NCBI GenBank assembly: GCA_963810935.1
Contig: CAWEPK010000017.1
Coordinates: 32,001 to 96,000 of the forward strand
DNA from: an uncultured delta proteobacterium
Lineage (GTDB): Bacteria > Desulfobacterota > Syntrophorhabdia > Syntrophorhabdales > WCHB1-27
DNA: 64,000 bases
Direction: 5' to 3'
The position numbers and the translations under genes were made by a program. The notes beneath the pieces were generated by a model. It searched no databases. It was not told the DNA's origin and saw only the letters and a list, made by a program, of their open reading frames with translations. Positions 35,028 through 46,506 of the stretch are shown piece after piece. The stretch's first letter is position 1, and each line of letters opens with the position of its first letter.

Positions 35028-35501
35028 TCAGTCGCGTTTCCAGTGGACCCTTACAAACTTCTCGTCTTCCAGGTATTGCAGCTTCAACTCTCCTTTAAAG
35101 GCGTTCCGGACCGCCTCTCCGACCCTTCTCGCCATGTGCTCGTATGTCGTCTTTATCTCTAATCGTCCCTCTTTGGCGGATATGTCCATGATTCTTTCGA
35201 GCGGCCTCCGCGCCTTCTCGGTCTGCCCGGCCCTCTTGATCGTGTTCAATATTTCGTCCTTGTGCTCCTTGAGAAACTCACCTTCGAGCACCACCTGGCC
35301 GCCCGTGTAATGTTCCTCTATCCTCCGGCAGGCGGGACAGAGCATTTCCGCCGCATCCCTGGGGGGCGGGTCCTCCCACGCGAAAACACCCCTGGTGAAG
35401 ACCACCTTGCACCTGGTGCATACGGATGGGTCGTGGTACCTCTCCCTGACAAAATACGGGTCGTCGACCTCTTCCTGGATCATCTTGTCGAGCCTTGCCA
35501 T
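35028..35501 (-). CDS. BCAM0308-family protein
   Basis: DDPY, VCTRC, LCPACRRI, PLERIM, TTYEHMARRVGEAV, VRVHWKRD. Confidence 0.75.
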   Translation of the reverse strand: MARLDKMIQEEVDDPYFVRERYHDPSVCTRCKVVFTRGVFAWEDPPPRDAAEMLCPACRRIEEHYTGGQVVLEGEFLKEHKDEILNTIKRAGQTEKARRPLERIMDISAKEGRLEIKTTYEHMARRVGEAVRNAFKGELKLQYLEDEKFVRVHWKRD

Positions 35502-35632
35502 AAAGTCGTTTCCCCCTTTGTAGTTGAATCTAGAGCCAGCAGGGAACCGTGTCAACTCACGCGTGTGTGAGCGGATGAGGGCCGACGGGAAAAGGTGGGC
35601 GTAGCGGGGCAATCAGGTGTATATTAAGAATC

Positions 35633-36346
35633 ATGAGGCCGATCTGGATACCCAACATACTCACCCTCGGCAATCTGACCTGCGGATTCGTATCCGTCAT
35701 ATTTGCAAGCGGGGGCTCTGCCGAGGGGCTGCGCGTGGCTGCCGTGCTGATACTGCTTGCAGCGCTCCTGGACGGGCTTGACGGTCAGGTCGCCCGCCGC
35801 CTGCACGTCGACGGCCCGCTCGGGAAAGAGCTCGATTCGCTTGCCGACTGCGTGGCCTTCGGGGTCGCGCCCGGCTACCTGGGCTATAAGGCCTACCTCG
35901 CGGCGGCAACGCTCGATGTTTCCGGCCAGTCCGTTAACCTGGGCATACTGATGGCTGCGGTCTTCCCCGTGTGCGCGGCATACAGGCTTGCGCGGTTCAA
36001 CGTCCGCTCATCCCCGCACGCCTTTCAGGGGCTCCCTTCCCCTGCCGCCGGGATGCTCGTGGCGCTCGGGATACTCTGCTTTCCGGCGGGGAATATCCCG
36101 CAGCCGCTTTTCGCTGCGCTTTTCTGCGTCGTGGGGTTGCTGATGGTTTCTACAGTGGGTTATTCGAAGCCGCAGGCTGCTTTGCTTAAGAACCTGCAAG
36201 GGGTCAAGCTCGCCCTGCTCGTGGTGCTCGTGGTTGTGCTGCTGGCGTTGTTCAAGCTATGGGTGATATTTCTCGCAATGGGCGTATACGTGATCTCCGG
36301 CCTCTTAGGCTGGCTGATACAGTTCATAGAAGAGCGCAGGTACTGA
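35633..36346 (+). CDS. pssA: CDP-diacylglycerol--serine O-phosphatidyltransferase
   Basis: PNILTLGNL, DGLDGQVAR, GKELDSLAD, RLARFN, FQGLPSP. Confidence 0.9.
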   Translation: MRPIWIPNILTLGNLTCGFVSVIFASGGSAEGLRVAAVLILLAALLDGLDGQVARRLHVDGPLGKELDSLADCVAFGVAPGYLGYKAYLAAATLDVSGQSVNLGILMAAVFPVCAAYRLARFNVRSSPHAFQGLPSPAAGMLVALGILCFPAGNIPQPLFAALFCVVGLLMVSTVGYSKPQAALLKNLQGVKLALLVVLVVVLLALFKLWVIFLAMGVYVISGLLGWLIQFIEERRY

Positions 36347-36349
36347 AGC

Positions 36350-37369
36350 TCATCCCTTCCTGAAGCTGTCGTATAGCGAGAGGTTTTCCTTGATGAGGTC
36401 GGGGATGGGGAGGCCGTAGGGGCAGCGCGCAAGGCATTCGCCGCATTCAGAGCAGTTGCGCGCTTTCTCGATGCCTTCCGTCATCCAGCCGAGCTCCAGC
36501 ACCTTCGAGCCGAACCGCTTGAACGTCGATTTCAGGCCCATAATGAATTGTATCGATATGCCCTCCGTGCACGGCTGGCAGTAATCGCACCTTCTGCAAA
36601 ACTGGTACTGGTGTTCCTTCCGCAGCGCCTCTATCCGCTCCATATCTTCTTCGGTGAGGCGGCCCCCTTCGGTGAAGATGCGCCAGTTCTCGCGCGACTT
36701 CTCGATGGTTTCCGTCCCCGGTATCGGCACTATGCCCTCCGTTGCAAAGACGTACCTGAGGGCAGGCCCCGCATCCTCGATGACGCCGCCGGAAAAAGGC
36801 TTCATGGCAAGGACGCCTATGTCGTGCGCAAACGCCGCGGGGAACACCTTCTCTGCCGCCTGCGGCTCTAAGATGCCGTAGCAGGCCATGATGACCGAGA
36901 CCCGCGCCTCTTCCGCAGCGCGCAAGAGCACGTCGAGGTTGTGGCTCGTCAGCCCTATGTGGTCGATCAGTCCCTCGTCCTGCGCCCTCCGAAGGGCGTC
37001 AAACCCGCTGCCAGGCGCCATCGCCTTTTCATACTCCTCCATGTTGGGGATCATGTGGAGGTGGTAGATATCGATCTTCTTCACCTTGAGCTGCTTAAGG
37101 CTCTCATGCACCTCATCGTAGATGGCCGCGGTTTTCGCCTGGGACTTCGTCGATATGACGACGCGCCTGTCGAGCCCGGCGAGTGCGAGGCCGATCTTCT
37201 GCTCGCTGTCGGAGTACGCGCGGGCCGTATCGAGAAGGTCTATGCCCATCCCGACGACCTCCCTGATGACGGGGACCGCCTCCTCCACGCTGACCCGCTG
37301 GATCGGTATGCCGCCCCAACCCATCCTCGTTACGACCAACCCCGTTTTGCCGAGCCTGACTTTCTCCAT
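36350..37369 (-). CDS. Aldo/keto reductase with C-terminal 4Fe-4S dicluster
   Basis: VRLGKTG, DTARAY, AMKPFSGG, CRRCDYCQPC, CSECGECLARCP. Confidence 0.92.
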   Translation of the reverse strand: MEKVRLGKTGLVVTRMGWGGIPIQRVSVEEAVPVIREVVGMGIDLLDTARAYSDSEQKIGLALAGLDRRVVISTKSQAKTAAIYDEVHESLKQLKVKKIDIYHLHMIPNMEEYEKAMAPGSGFDALRRAQDEGLIDHIGLTSHNLDVLLRAAEEARVSVIMACYGILEPQAAEKVFPAAFAHDIGVLAMKPFSGGVIEDAGPALRYVFATEGIVPIPGTETIEKSRENWRIFTEGGRLTEEDMERIEALRKEHQYQFCRRCDYCQPCTEGISIQFIMGLKSTFKRFGSKVLELGWMTEGIEKARNCSECGECLARCPYGLPIPDLIKENLSLYDSFRKG

Positions 37370-37594
37370 GTCCCTACCTCGTTTTGTCGCATGCGAGCGC
37401 CCCTGACGGCGCTCTGGCCTTTCATAAATAATATAACAATAATATCGCAAGGCCGGTTGCATGTAAAGGCGGCCAAGGCCCTTACGCGTTGCGCCCGGCG
37501 GGCGTCTGTGTTATCTATTGTACGGATACAGGACAATTTGACCGGCATCGGGGAAAGAGAGTCGCAGATTATCGCAACAATCCGGAGGCGGAAA

Positions 37595-38131
37595 ATGATA
37601 GAGATAATGCGCGCGCGACGGAGCATCAGGGCATACGAGGAGAAACCGATCAATGGGGAATCGCTCAATACCTTGAAAGAGGCGCTTTTACGCTCCCCTT
37701 CGTCTATGGGCAAGAACCCGTGGACGTTCGTTTTCGTTGATAACCCGGAGATACTCGCCCATCTGTCGAAGGCGAAGGAGCACGGGGCCGAGTTCATCAA
37801 GGGGGCTTCGCTGGCCATCGTCGTCTGCGGGGACGAATCGGTGTCGGACGTCTGGGTGGAGGACTGCTCAATCGCCTCCATCGTCGCGCATCTCACCTCC
37901 CATTCCCTGGGTCTCGGAAGCTGCTGGTGCCAGATCAGGAACCGGCCGCATTCCGGGGCGGAGACTGCCGAGGAGTACATACAGAAGCTCCTGGGCATCC
38001 CCGGCAACCTCCGGGTTGAGGCTGTCGTCGCCGTGGGATATCCGGCAGAGGCAAAGCAGCCGAGACCTGCGGAAGGGCTCGATTACGGGAAGATACACCA
38101 CAACCGGTACGGAAAGAAGGCGGCGCTTTAG
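37595..38131 (+). CDS. Nitroreductase-family protein
   Basis: RRSIRAY, LRSPSS..NPW, EDCSIA, GLGSCW, VGYP. Confidence 0.92.
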   Translation: MIEIMRARRSIRAYEEKPINGESLNTLKEALLRSPSSMGKNPWTFVFVDNPEILAHLSKAKEHGAEFIKGASLAIVVCGDESVSDVWVEDCSIASIVAHLTSHSLGLGSCWCQIRNRPHSGAETAEEYIQKLLGIPGNLRVEAVVAVGYPAEAKQPRPAEGLDYGKIHHNRYGKKAAL

Positions 38132-38160
38132 GCTCACGGGGAAGCGAAAGGGGAGAGATC

Positions 38161-39202
38161 ATGGAGGAGGGCCGGGCGCAGCGCAAAGTCGGCACGGGCG
38201 GACCGCAGGAAGTGGCGGGAGGCATCTACAGGCTGGAGGTGCCTCTTCCGGGCAGCCCGCTGAAAGCGGTCAACTCGTACATCATCAAGGGACGCCCCCG
38301 CAACCTCGTTATCGATACGGGCATGCGGCGCCCAGAGTGCCTTGCCGTAATGACCGAGGGCCTGAGGGCGCTCGGCGTGATAGCCGCAGACACGGATTTT
38401 TTTATCACCCATTTCCACGCCGACCACCTGGGCCTCGTCTCCGAGGCTGGCGGCAAACGGCTCGACCATCTACCTGAACCGCCCGGACAGCGAGCGCATC
38501 GTCTCGGACCGCTGGTTCGAAGAACGCTTCGACGAGGCGGCGCGCCTGAACGGTTTCCCGGAGAAGCTCGTAGAGAAGGCCATAGGCCGCCACCCCGGGC
38601 TCCTCTACGGGCCCCGGCTGCCGCTCCCCTTCACTCCGACTCCCGACGGCATGATAATAGAGGCAGGTAACCGCACCCTGCGCTGCATAGAAACCCCCGG
38701 CCACAGCTTCGGCCACACCTGCCTTTACGACGCGCAAAAAAAGGTGCTCTTTTCCGGCGACCATATCCTGTCGGACATCACACCGAACGTCCAGGGATGG
38801 TTCCCCGATTGGGACCCGGTTGCCGAATACCTGAAGAGCCTCGAAAAGGTCTCGTCCTTAGACGTCGAGGTGGTACTGCCGGGCCACAGGAGGGTCTTTC
38901 GCGACATGCGGGGGAGGATCGAGGAGCTAAAAAGACACCACGCAGCAAGGGCAAACGAGATGCTCGCCGCGCTTGCAGCCGGGCCGAAAACGGCTTACCG
39001 CGTGGCGTCGGAGGTTACGTGGGATATAGAGTGCGATTCCTTCGACGTCTTTCCGCTCCCCCAGAAGTGGTTCGCCATGGGCGAGACGATCGCGCATCTG
39101 ATCTACCTCGAAAGCCAGGCAAGGGTGCGGAAGGAAATTGTAGAGGACAACGGCAGACAGGTTACGGTCTGGACGTCAGGGACCGGAAGTCGCGCCGGGT
39201 AA
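38161..39202 (+). CDS. MBL-fold metallo-hydrolase (frameshift near 38450)
   Basis: THFHADHLG, TPGHSFGH, FSGDHIL, LPGH. Confidence 0.88.
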
Positions 39203-39249
39203 GCCTACCCACGCCCGCCTTCCGGTCCCTGACGGCCCATCTTTCTTGT

Positions 39250-40501
39250 CTAGTAGACCCCGTACTCCAGCGTGGCGTCAAACATGGCCTTCACGTTCTC
39301 CGCCCTGGCATCGTCCAGGCTTGTAGAGGCGTCCATTATATAGCCGCCGTCCCGGCCGCAGACATCGATGAGCTTCTTGCAGTAAGCCCGCACCTCGTCC
39401 GGCGTGCCCGCCACCAGAATAGACAGGGGCACCGCGCCGCGTATGCTGATCCTATCCCCAAGGACTGCCTTTGCCTTGAACATGTCCGTAGCCTCGAAGG
39501 CGTAGCAGGCTTTGCCTGCGGGCAGGCCCTTGATTATCTCCAGGCGGGAGGTACAGTTCCCTTCCCAGAGGGGGCAGGGGATGCATCCTTCCCGGATGAG
39601 GGCCAGCATCAGCTCGTTGAAGGAAGGCCAGAAGAATTTCTTGAACTGATCGGACGACATGAACCCGTCGACCCCCTTGTGGACAGGGATGAAGACCCTG
39701 GGATTGCCTGAGTTCCGCGTCGAGTTCATCGCCATATCGAACATGATCGGCAGGAGCTTATCGCAGGCCCGCAATACCATGTCGGGCCGCCTGTACATAT
39801 CGAGCATAAGCCCCCTGGTGCCCCTGAAGAAATCGCCAAGGGTGTCGAAGGGGGCCTGCGTGAAGCCTCCGAACTGCATCGGGAACCCCGCCTCTTTCGC
39901 CTTTTCCGTATAGATCCGCGTATACGTCGCAACGCGGACTGCCTCTTTTGCGGCCTTGATCGTCAATTCCAGGGACTCGATGACTTCCGGCTGGGCGAAA
40001 GCGGCAAGGCCGAAGGGGATGCCCATATAGTAGGTAATAAAATTGTGAGGGGACGGTATCATTCCGAAGCCCTTCCACGCGCCGCAAATGCGGGGCCAGT
40101 GCTTCCGTATCATGTAATCGGACGGGTCCGAGAGAAAATGGTCGTACTCGTCCGCCTTCATGTACTCGCCCTCGATGAACTGGTAGGTATGGTCGGCCGA
40201 CATGCCATGGCCGGGCCACTTCAGTTGCTTGAAGTCGAGGATATCGAGGACGGGCCCCAGGAAGCGCAAGCCGAAGGGGTTCTGGTCCATGTCGGGCTGG
40301 AAGTCGAGGAGGGCCTTCATCTGGGCGGAGAGGAGCTTCTCCGGGTCGTACATGACCTCCTGCACGGTGAAGCCGGCGTACCTGGTAGGAAAAAAACTGA
40401 ACATGGTCTCTATGGGGACCTGTCGGGGCACCTTCAGAGCGATGGCGTCGAGGGCCCCTCTTTTCGCGCTCCTTGTAAGCTTCCGCTGCATCGTTGCTCA
40501 T
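39250..40501 (-). CDS. UroD/MtaA-fold corrinoid methyltransferase-like protein (frameshift near 40455)
   Basis: APFDTLGD..RG..GLMLDMYRRP, GAVP..GTPDEV, GGYIM; N-terminus MSNDAAEAYKEREKR overlaps the corrinoid gene stop. Confidence 0.85.
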
Positions 40502-41133
40502 GACCTGCCCCCTATCCACTTCCTGCAAAGGCCCACGGCCGCCACGGCGTCCTTCCCGAAGGCGTCGGCCCCCGCGTACTTGCAGACCTCGTCGTCCATC
40601 TGGCCGCCGCCGATCATGATTTTCAGCTTGTCACGCAAGCCCGCCTCTTTCAGGGCCTCCACCGTTTTCTTCATCGAATCGAAGGCCAGGGTGAGAAAAC
40701 CGGAGAGTCCGACCACATGCGGATCAAACTCCCGTATCTTCTCCACAAAGGTCTCAACCGGCACGTCGATGCCGATGTCCATGACCTCGAAGCCGCTCAC
40801 GTCAAGCATAAAGGTCACGATGTCCTTGCCGATATCATGGATGTCCCCGGCCACCGTGCCTATCAGGGCCCTGCCCTGCTTAACCCCGGCAGTCCCCTTC
40901 TCCATGAGGGGCTTGACGATCTCCGATATCTCTTTAAGCACTTCGCCGGCCATCATGAGATCGGGGATAAAATACTCGGACGCCTCGAAGCGCTTCCCCA
41001 CTATCTCCATGGCCGCCCGGGCGTCGTCGAGTATGGCGACGGGGTCGGTCCCTTCCGCGACCCGCTTTCTGACAAGGGCCAGCACCTCGTCTTCTTTCAA
41101 GTCGGCCATAAGGCTCACGAGCGTCTCTTCCAT
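40498..41133 (-). CDS. Corrinoid (B12-binding) protein
   Basis: YFIPDLMMAGE, GTVAGDIHDIGKDIV (DxHxxG), VGLSG, IMIGGG. Confidence 0.95.
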   Translation of the reverse strand: MEETLVSLMADLKEDEVLALVRKRVAEGTDPVAILDDARAAMEIVGKRFEASEYFIPDLMMAGEVLKEISEIVKPLMEKGTAGVKQGRALIGTVAGDIHDIGKDIVTFMLDVSGFEVMDIGIDVPVETFVEKIREFDPHVVGLSGFLTLAFDSMKKTVEALKEAGLRDKLKIMIGGGQMDDEVCKYAGADAFGKDAVAAVGLCRKWIGGRS

Positions 41134-41256
41134 GTCTGCCTCCTGCTGTAGTTGTTGACCGTTTTATACAGTCCTCTCACGGTCACCCGCCTAGCGGTCG
41201 CTCCGTGACGCGCGTTAAAAAAGGGGAGGTCTGCCCTCCCCTTCCGGGTGGTGCTT

Positions 41257-42601
41257 TCAAGTGCGCTTGGCCCGCGCAGGTCCCGTGAAAATGACCTTCC
41301 CCAGGACCGTGACGACCACCACGACCACGAGGGCGGCCAGGGCGTTGGTTGTACAAATCCTGGGCACTGTCCAGTTCTGGGTGAGCATAAAGCCGCCTGC
41401 GATGGGCGCGAGCAATGAGCCGATCTTCCCTATCGCGTAGGCCCACCCGAGTCCCGTGCCTCTCATGTCCGTAGGATAGGAAACCGTGGCAAGGCCCATG
41501 AGACCGGAATTGCCTCCGATCACGAAGAACCCCATTACTACGGACAGGATGGCGACTACGATGAAGGGACTCCCTGCGGCATATCCGAAGACTACAACGC
41601 TCAGAAAGGCCAGGATAAAACCTACCCCCAGTATCTTGAAGGGGCTGAACCTGTCCATAAGGATGCCGATGGTGACCGTAGCGAGGGCTGAGCCGATATT
41701 AATGCACGCAAAGGCGATGCTGAACTGCTGGACGGAGGCGCCGCTCTTTTTCAGGAGAGTGGGCGCCCATGAAAGGAGCAGCCAGAGAAGGTAGAAGCTC
41801 GCAAAAAAGGCTATCCATATCAGGATGGTGCTGAAGGCGCGGCCGTCGGTAAAAAGGTTCTTGACGGGCGCACCGGCAAGCTTCTTCTCGGATGAAACAA
41901 AATCGATGTCCTTCTCCTCGGATAGCTTGGGTGCGATTTTGTAAATGATCTTGTGAATCTGAGCCACATCTTTTCCCTTCTTTACAAGGAATTCAAGAGA
42001 CTCGGGAAGAAAGATGGCGACGCCTATGCCGATCACGCACGGCACGATGCCGCCGGCTAGCAAAGACCGATTGCCAGCCGAAATTGGGGAGAAGGTACGC
42101 CGCCGACAGCCCGGCAGTCGTAGAACCGATGGCCATGCCCGCATACATGATGGTAGTGAGGGTGGCGCGCATGTTGCTCGGCGCGTATTCGCAGCCGAAG
42201 GCAAGGGCGTTAGGGACTGCGCCGCCAAGCCCGAGACCGGCGATGAAACGGAACAGGGCCAGTTGCTCGACGCTTGTGATGAAAGAAATTGCTATGGTGA
42301 AGATGCCGAATACAAAGGCGGAGACAAAGAGCATACCCCTGCGCCCCCACCGGTCGGCAAGGGTGCCCAAACAGAGCGCGCCGATCAGGGCGCCGACCTG
42401 CCCCGCGCTCATTGCGAAGCCGAGGGCCGAGGGTTTCGAGTGGAGAAACTCTGCAATCTTGGGTAACGCCACCCCTATGACCGTCAGGTCGAATCCGTCC
42501 AGAAACGTGACGCAGAAACAAAGGAAACAGATCCAGACCTGGTAGGCAGAAAACGGATGGGTGTCGAAAACTTCCCTTACGCTCATCGACTTTGTCGCCA
42601 T
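41257..42601 (-). CDS. Aromatic acid:H+ symporter-type MFS (PcaK/BenK-like; frameshift near 42060)
   Basis: FLDGFDL, LADRWGRR, RFIAGLGLGG, LPES, YPTDMRGTGLGWA. Confidence 0.85.
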
Positions 42602-42732
42602 GCTTCCCCTCCTTTTGGTAAGGTCGAGCCAATAAACTTTTTCCCTTCGATTGATTGCAAATTCTATCAAAGGGCCGCCGGGGCCCGCTATCGGCGGGCG
42701 ACAATTCTGTCGTAGAATGTGGTTCAGTCCTA

Positions 42733-42750
42733 TGTAGTCCTTGGACTACA
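42733..42750. promoter_or_regulatory. Perfect inverted repeat, candidate response-regulator site
   Basis: TGTAGTCC-TT-GGACTACA about 130 bp upstream of the MFS start. Confidence 0.5.
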
Positions 42751-42765
42751 ATATAGACGGAGGGC

Positions 42766-43396
42766 CTAAAGGATAAGATTGTGCTCGAGGGCGTAGCGGA
42801 CCAGGTCGGCATTGGTCTTTGCCTGCAATTTTACGAGGGCCCTCGCGCGATAGCTACTGATGGTGGTGCGGGACAAGGATAGCTCGTGGGATATCTCTTT
42901 GACGGTCTTGCCGGCCGCCAACATCTCGAATACATGGTACTCCCTGCTCGAAAGGCTCTCGTGGGGCGGGCCGGTCCGTCCTCCCGCGATCTCGACGGCA
43001 AGCCGCTCCCCCAGGGAATCGCTGACGTACCTCCCCCCCTGCGACGCCTTGCGGATGGCCTTCACCAGATCGCTCGGCACGCTCTCTTTCGTGAGGTAGC
43101 CCGACGCCCCCTCCTTGAGGGCCCCTGGTCGCGTACTGGTCCTCCGGGTAAATGCTGAGGACGAGCACGGGGAGGGCCGGCTTCCTGGTCTTTATCTCCC
43201 TCAGCACGTCGAGACCCTGAATGCCCGGCAGGGCCAGGTCGAGAAGCACCACGTCATAGGTCCGGCTCATCATCAGCCTGATGGCGTCGCGGCCGTCGCC
43301 CGCTTCGTCCGCCACTTCCATGTCCTGCGTAGCGGAGAAATTCTTTATCCCCTCCCTGAATATTGCGTGGTCATCGACGATCAGGACCCTTACCAT
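42766..43396 (-). CDS. NarL/LuxR-family response regulator (frameshift near 43120)
   Basis: VLIVDDHAIFREG, VLLDLALP, GYLTK, LSSREYHVF HTH. Confidence 0.92.
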
Positions 43397-44666
43397 CTAT
43401 CTCTTGCCGCCCCCCTTTCCGGGAGGGCGGGCGCGTGATCGACCTCCCCTGATTCACGGCCGGCCGGGCTCAGAGGGATCGATACGATCATCGTAGTGCC
43501 CTTGTTCGGTCGGCTTTTGAAAAGCAATTGGCCGTTCCAGAAGCGCACCCGCTCCCTCATGCCGATAATGCCTAACGATCCCGGGCTTGAAAGGTCTTTC
43601 TTGGAAATTCCCCTGCCGTTGTCGGCCACTTTGAGAAGAATGTTTTCGTCGTCCTTTTTCAGGGTCACCCTCACGGCCGTCGCCTCCGCGTAACGCACGA
43701 CGTTCGTCGTCGCCTCCTGGAAAATCCTGAAAAGGACGAGGGCCAGGCCCTTATCCACTTCGGGAAAGACCGGGTCTATCCTTGCCGTGAACCGGATGCC
43801 GGTCGTCTTCTGAAATTCCCCCATGTGCCATTCGATGGCCGCTGCCAGTCCGAAGTCCTCCAGTATAGATGGTCTCAACTCGGAACAAATCCGCCTTACC
43901 GACTGCACGGCGTTGTCTATCTTCTTTGTCATGCCGTCAACCTGCTCGAAGAGGTGTTCCTCGTTGCCTCGCAGACCCTGCCCAAGGCACGCCAGATCGA
44001 TCTTCAGCGCAGTCAGGAACTGACCCAGCTCGTCGTGCACCTCCCGTGCGATGCGGGTGCCGTCTCCTTTCCCGGACGCGCTGCAAATGCTCGGACAGGT
44101 TCCGCAGCCTCTTCCCTCGACCGTTCAAGGGCCTTTCCCCTTTGCAACTGTATCTCCTTGAGCAGTCGTTCACGCTCAAGCTGTTCCTCCGCGTTCTTTC
44201 GCTCCGTGATGTCCTGGTTCGCCCCGTAGCATCTGATGATACGGCCCTCCCCGTCCAGGATGGCTCTTATGCGCGCGACGACGTGGCGCAACTCGCCGTC
44301 GCGCCGTATGATGCGGTGCTCGAAATCGTGAAAGAACTCCCCTTCCCGGTGGGAGTGGCGCTTGTCCCCGGCGTGCAGGAAGAGCGGGAGGTCGTCCGGG
44401 TGGATAAACCTCCGGGCGTATTCCTCCCTGGCCATCAGGTAGCCCCCTTCGCGCTCGGCAGTCGTGCGGTAAAGGGCATAGAAGGGGTCGTTGAAGATGA
44501 AGGTTTCCGTGGCAGGATCGAGACCCCAGTAAACGATGCGGGCGAGGTCCATGACCTGCGACAATTCGAGCTGGTTTTGAAGAAGGGGACCGCTTTTGTC
44601 CCCAACGGGTCTGTCCGCTTTCAGCCCGTCCGAAGGCCCTGTTTTTCTCTTCTTCTTATTCTCCAT
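43390..44666 (-). CDS. PAS-domain HisKA_3 sensor kinase (frameshifts around 44040-44130)
   Basis: FIHPDD, GANQDITERK, HDELGQ, LFRIFQEATTNV, DNGRG, LGIIGMRER. Confidence 0.9.
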
Positions 44667-44792
44667 CGATCCGCCCGGCCAACCGTCTGTTACGGAGAAT
44701 TGCAACGGCAGAATAATTATAGCATCTTTCTAAGCAGCGGATAATTACCCAAGCCCGTTTGCAGGTGTCCCACCCTCCCCCCGCACAAAGTT

Positions 44793-45650
44793 TCAAATGG
44801 GCCTGCCCTGCCGCCACCCCGGATAGAGCGAGGCGAGCCGGCTCACCGTGTCCATGGAGACGCCGCCGCTGGAGCCGAGTATGAGGCCGCCGTGACTAAA
44901 GCCGCTTTCTGCGCCCTCAACCTCTGCCGCAACCCTTTCCGCGTCCCAACCCACTATGTCGATGTGTCCCATGAAGCAGACCCTTGTCCCGAACTCGGCC
45001 CTCAAAGAGTGAAGGTCCAGCCCCGCCTGGGCGTCTACCGGATGGACGCACGTGTACCCGGCCTCGATGAGCGGTCCTATGATCTTGCGCGTATCCCCGT
45101 CGGAGTGGAAAAAAGCGGCCAGGCCGCTCTCTTTGATAGTCCGGACGATGCGGGCATATACGGGCAGCAGCATCTCCGCAAACCAGACGGGAGAAAAGAA
45201 CAATCCCTGCGTCCCGGCAATGTCGTCTGCAAGGGTTATCGCCGAAATACCCCTATCGGCCGCAAGACGGGCCGTTTCCTCCGCCTCCCGCACCGCAGCT
45301 TCGCATATCTCCTGAAAAAGACCCGGTGTCTTGTGCAGGCTCAGCATGGCGTCGAGGAAGCCGCATCGCCCGACCAGGCGGGAGACGGGACCGTTCAGGT
45401 AACCTGCGAGGAAATACCCTTGAAGACAACCGCTGTTTGAACCGAAGAAGGGGGAAGCCAGCCCGCCGTTAAGATCGACGCCGACAAGGGAGAGACCGAG
45501 CGAGCGGGCTGCGGCGGCGAGACGGGCGGCATAATCGCTTTCCACGCTGAAAAAACCCTCAAGGAAGTCTTCGGCCAGGAACAACTCCCCCCTCGGCAGG
45601 GGATGGACTGCCTCGTGGCCGAGGGCCGCCCTGACCGCGTCTTTGCCCAA
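44793..45650 (-). CDS. Short UroD-fold methyltransferase-like protein
   Basis: TTG start LGKDAV; LADDIAG, FFHSDGD, FMGHID, GGLILGSS. Confidence 0.75.
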   Translation of the reverse strand: MGKDAVRAALGHEAVHPLPRGELFLAEDFLEGFFSVESDYAARLAAAARSLGLSLVGVDLNGGLASPFFGSNSGCLQGYFLAGYLNGPVSRLVGRCGFLDAMLSLHKTPGLFQEICEAAVREAEETARLAADRGISAITLADDIAGTQGLFFSPVWFAEMLLPVYARIVRTIKESGLAAFFHSDGDTRKIIGPLIEAGYTCVHPVDAQAGLDLHSLRAEFGTRVCFMGHIDIVGWDAERVAAEVEGAESGFSHGGLILGSSGGVSMDTVSRLASLYPGWRQGRPI

Positions 45651-45652
45651 GG

Positions 45653-46505
45653 CTACTGCCCGGCCCGCCGCTTTCTGTAGTACGTCGTGAACCGCCTTGC
45701 CCGCGGGTCGCGCCCCATGAGAAGGTCGGCGGCCATCGTGTACGGCTTCATCGTGGCAGGGTTCGTGATCGCTGCATTCAGCCCCGAGCCGATGGCGAGG
45801 GCGAGGAAAGCGCCGTTGACTATCGTCCTGTCGGGCAGCCCGAAAGAGGCGTTGCTCGCGCCGTAGTACGAGGTTGAGGCCCAGGCTGTCGTAGACGCGG
45901 TGCATCGTGTCGAGGGTGACGGCTACGGCCTTATCGTTGACTGCGCTCGACTCCGCGACGCAATCGACGAGGATATCTTCGGGGGCGAGGCCCGCAGCTT
46001 GCGCCTGCTCAAGGATCCGCCTGACGACTTCGAGCCTTTCTTGTGCAGTCTTCGGTATGCCCGACGCGTCGGAGGCGAGCGCCACCAGGGCAGTGCCGTA
46101 ACGCTTTGCGACCGGCAGCAGGGCGGAAAGCACATTATCCTCCGCAGTGGCGGAGCTTACGACAGGCTTGCCGCACCCAAGGGCGAGCGTTATTTCCAGG
46201 GCAGCCGGGTTCCTGCTCTCTATGCACAGGGGGACATCGACCTCTTCCATTACAGCGGCGGCCGCCATAGGGAGGATGCGCGCCTCGTCGATGCCGAAGG
46301 CGGCCACGCTGACGATGAGCACGTCCGCCCCCGCCTCCACCTGCTCTGCCGCCACCCTGCGGATAGGCGCCATGTCGCCGGAAATCATCGCTTCTTTGAC
46401 CGGCCCCTTGCCGAACGGGTTTATGCGCTCGCCTATGATGACCGTAGGCAGGCCCGGCCCTATGACTACTTCCTTGCCCTTACTGCTTACGAGTCGTGTT
46501 TCCAT
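45653..46505 (-). CDS. Pterin-binding methyl-THF:corrinoid methyltransferase (AcsE/MetH-like; frameshift near 45864)
   Basis: VIIGERINP, QVEAGAD, PLCIES; the true tail GASNASFGLPDR..ITNP..ADLLMGRD is in another frame and ends at TAG 45653. Confidence 0.85.
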
Positions 46506-46506
46506 G

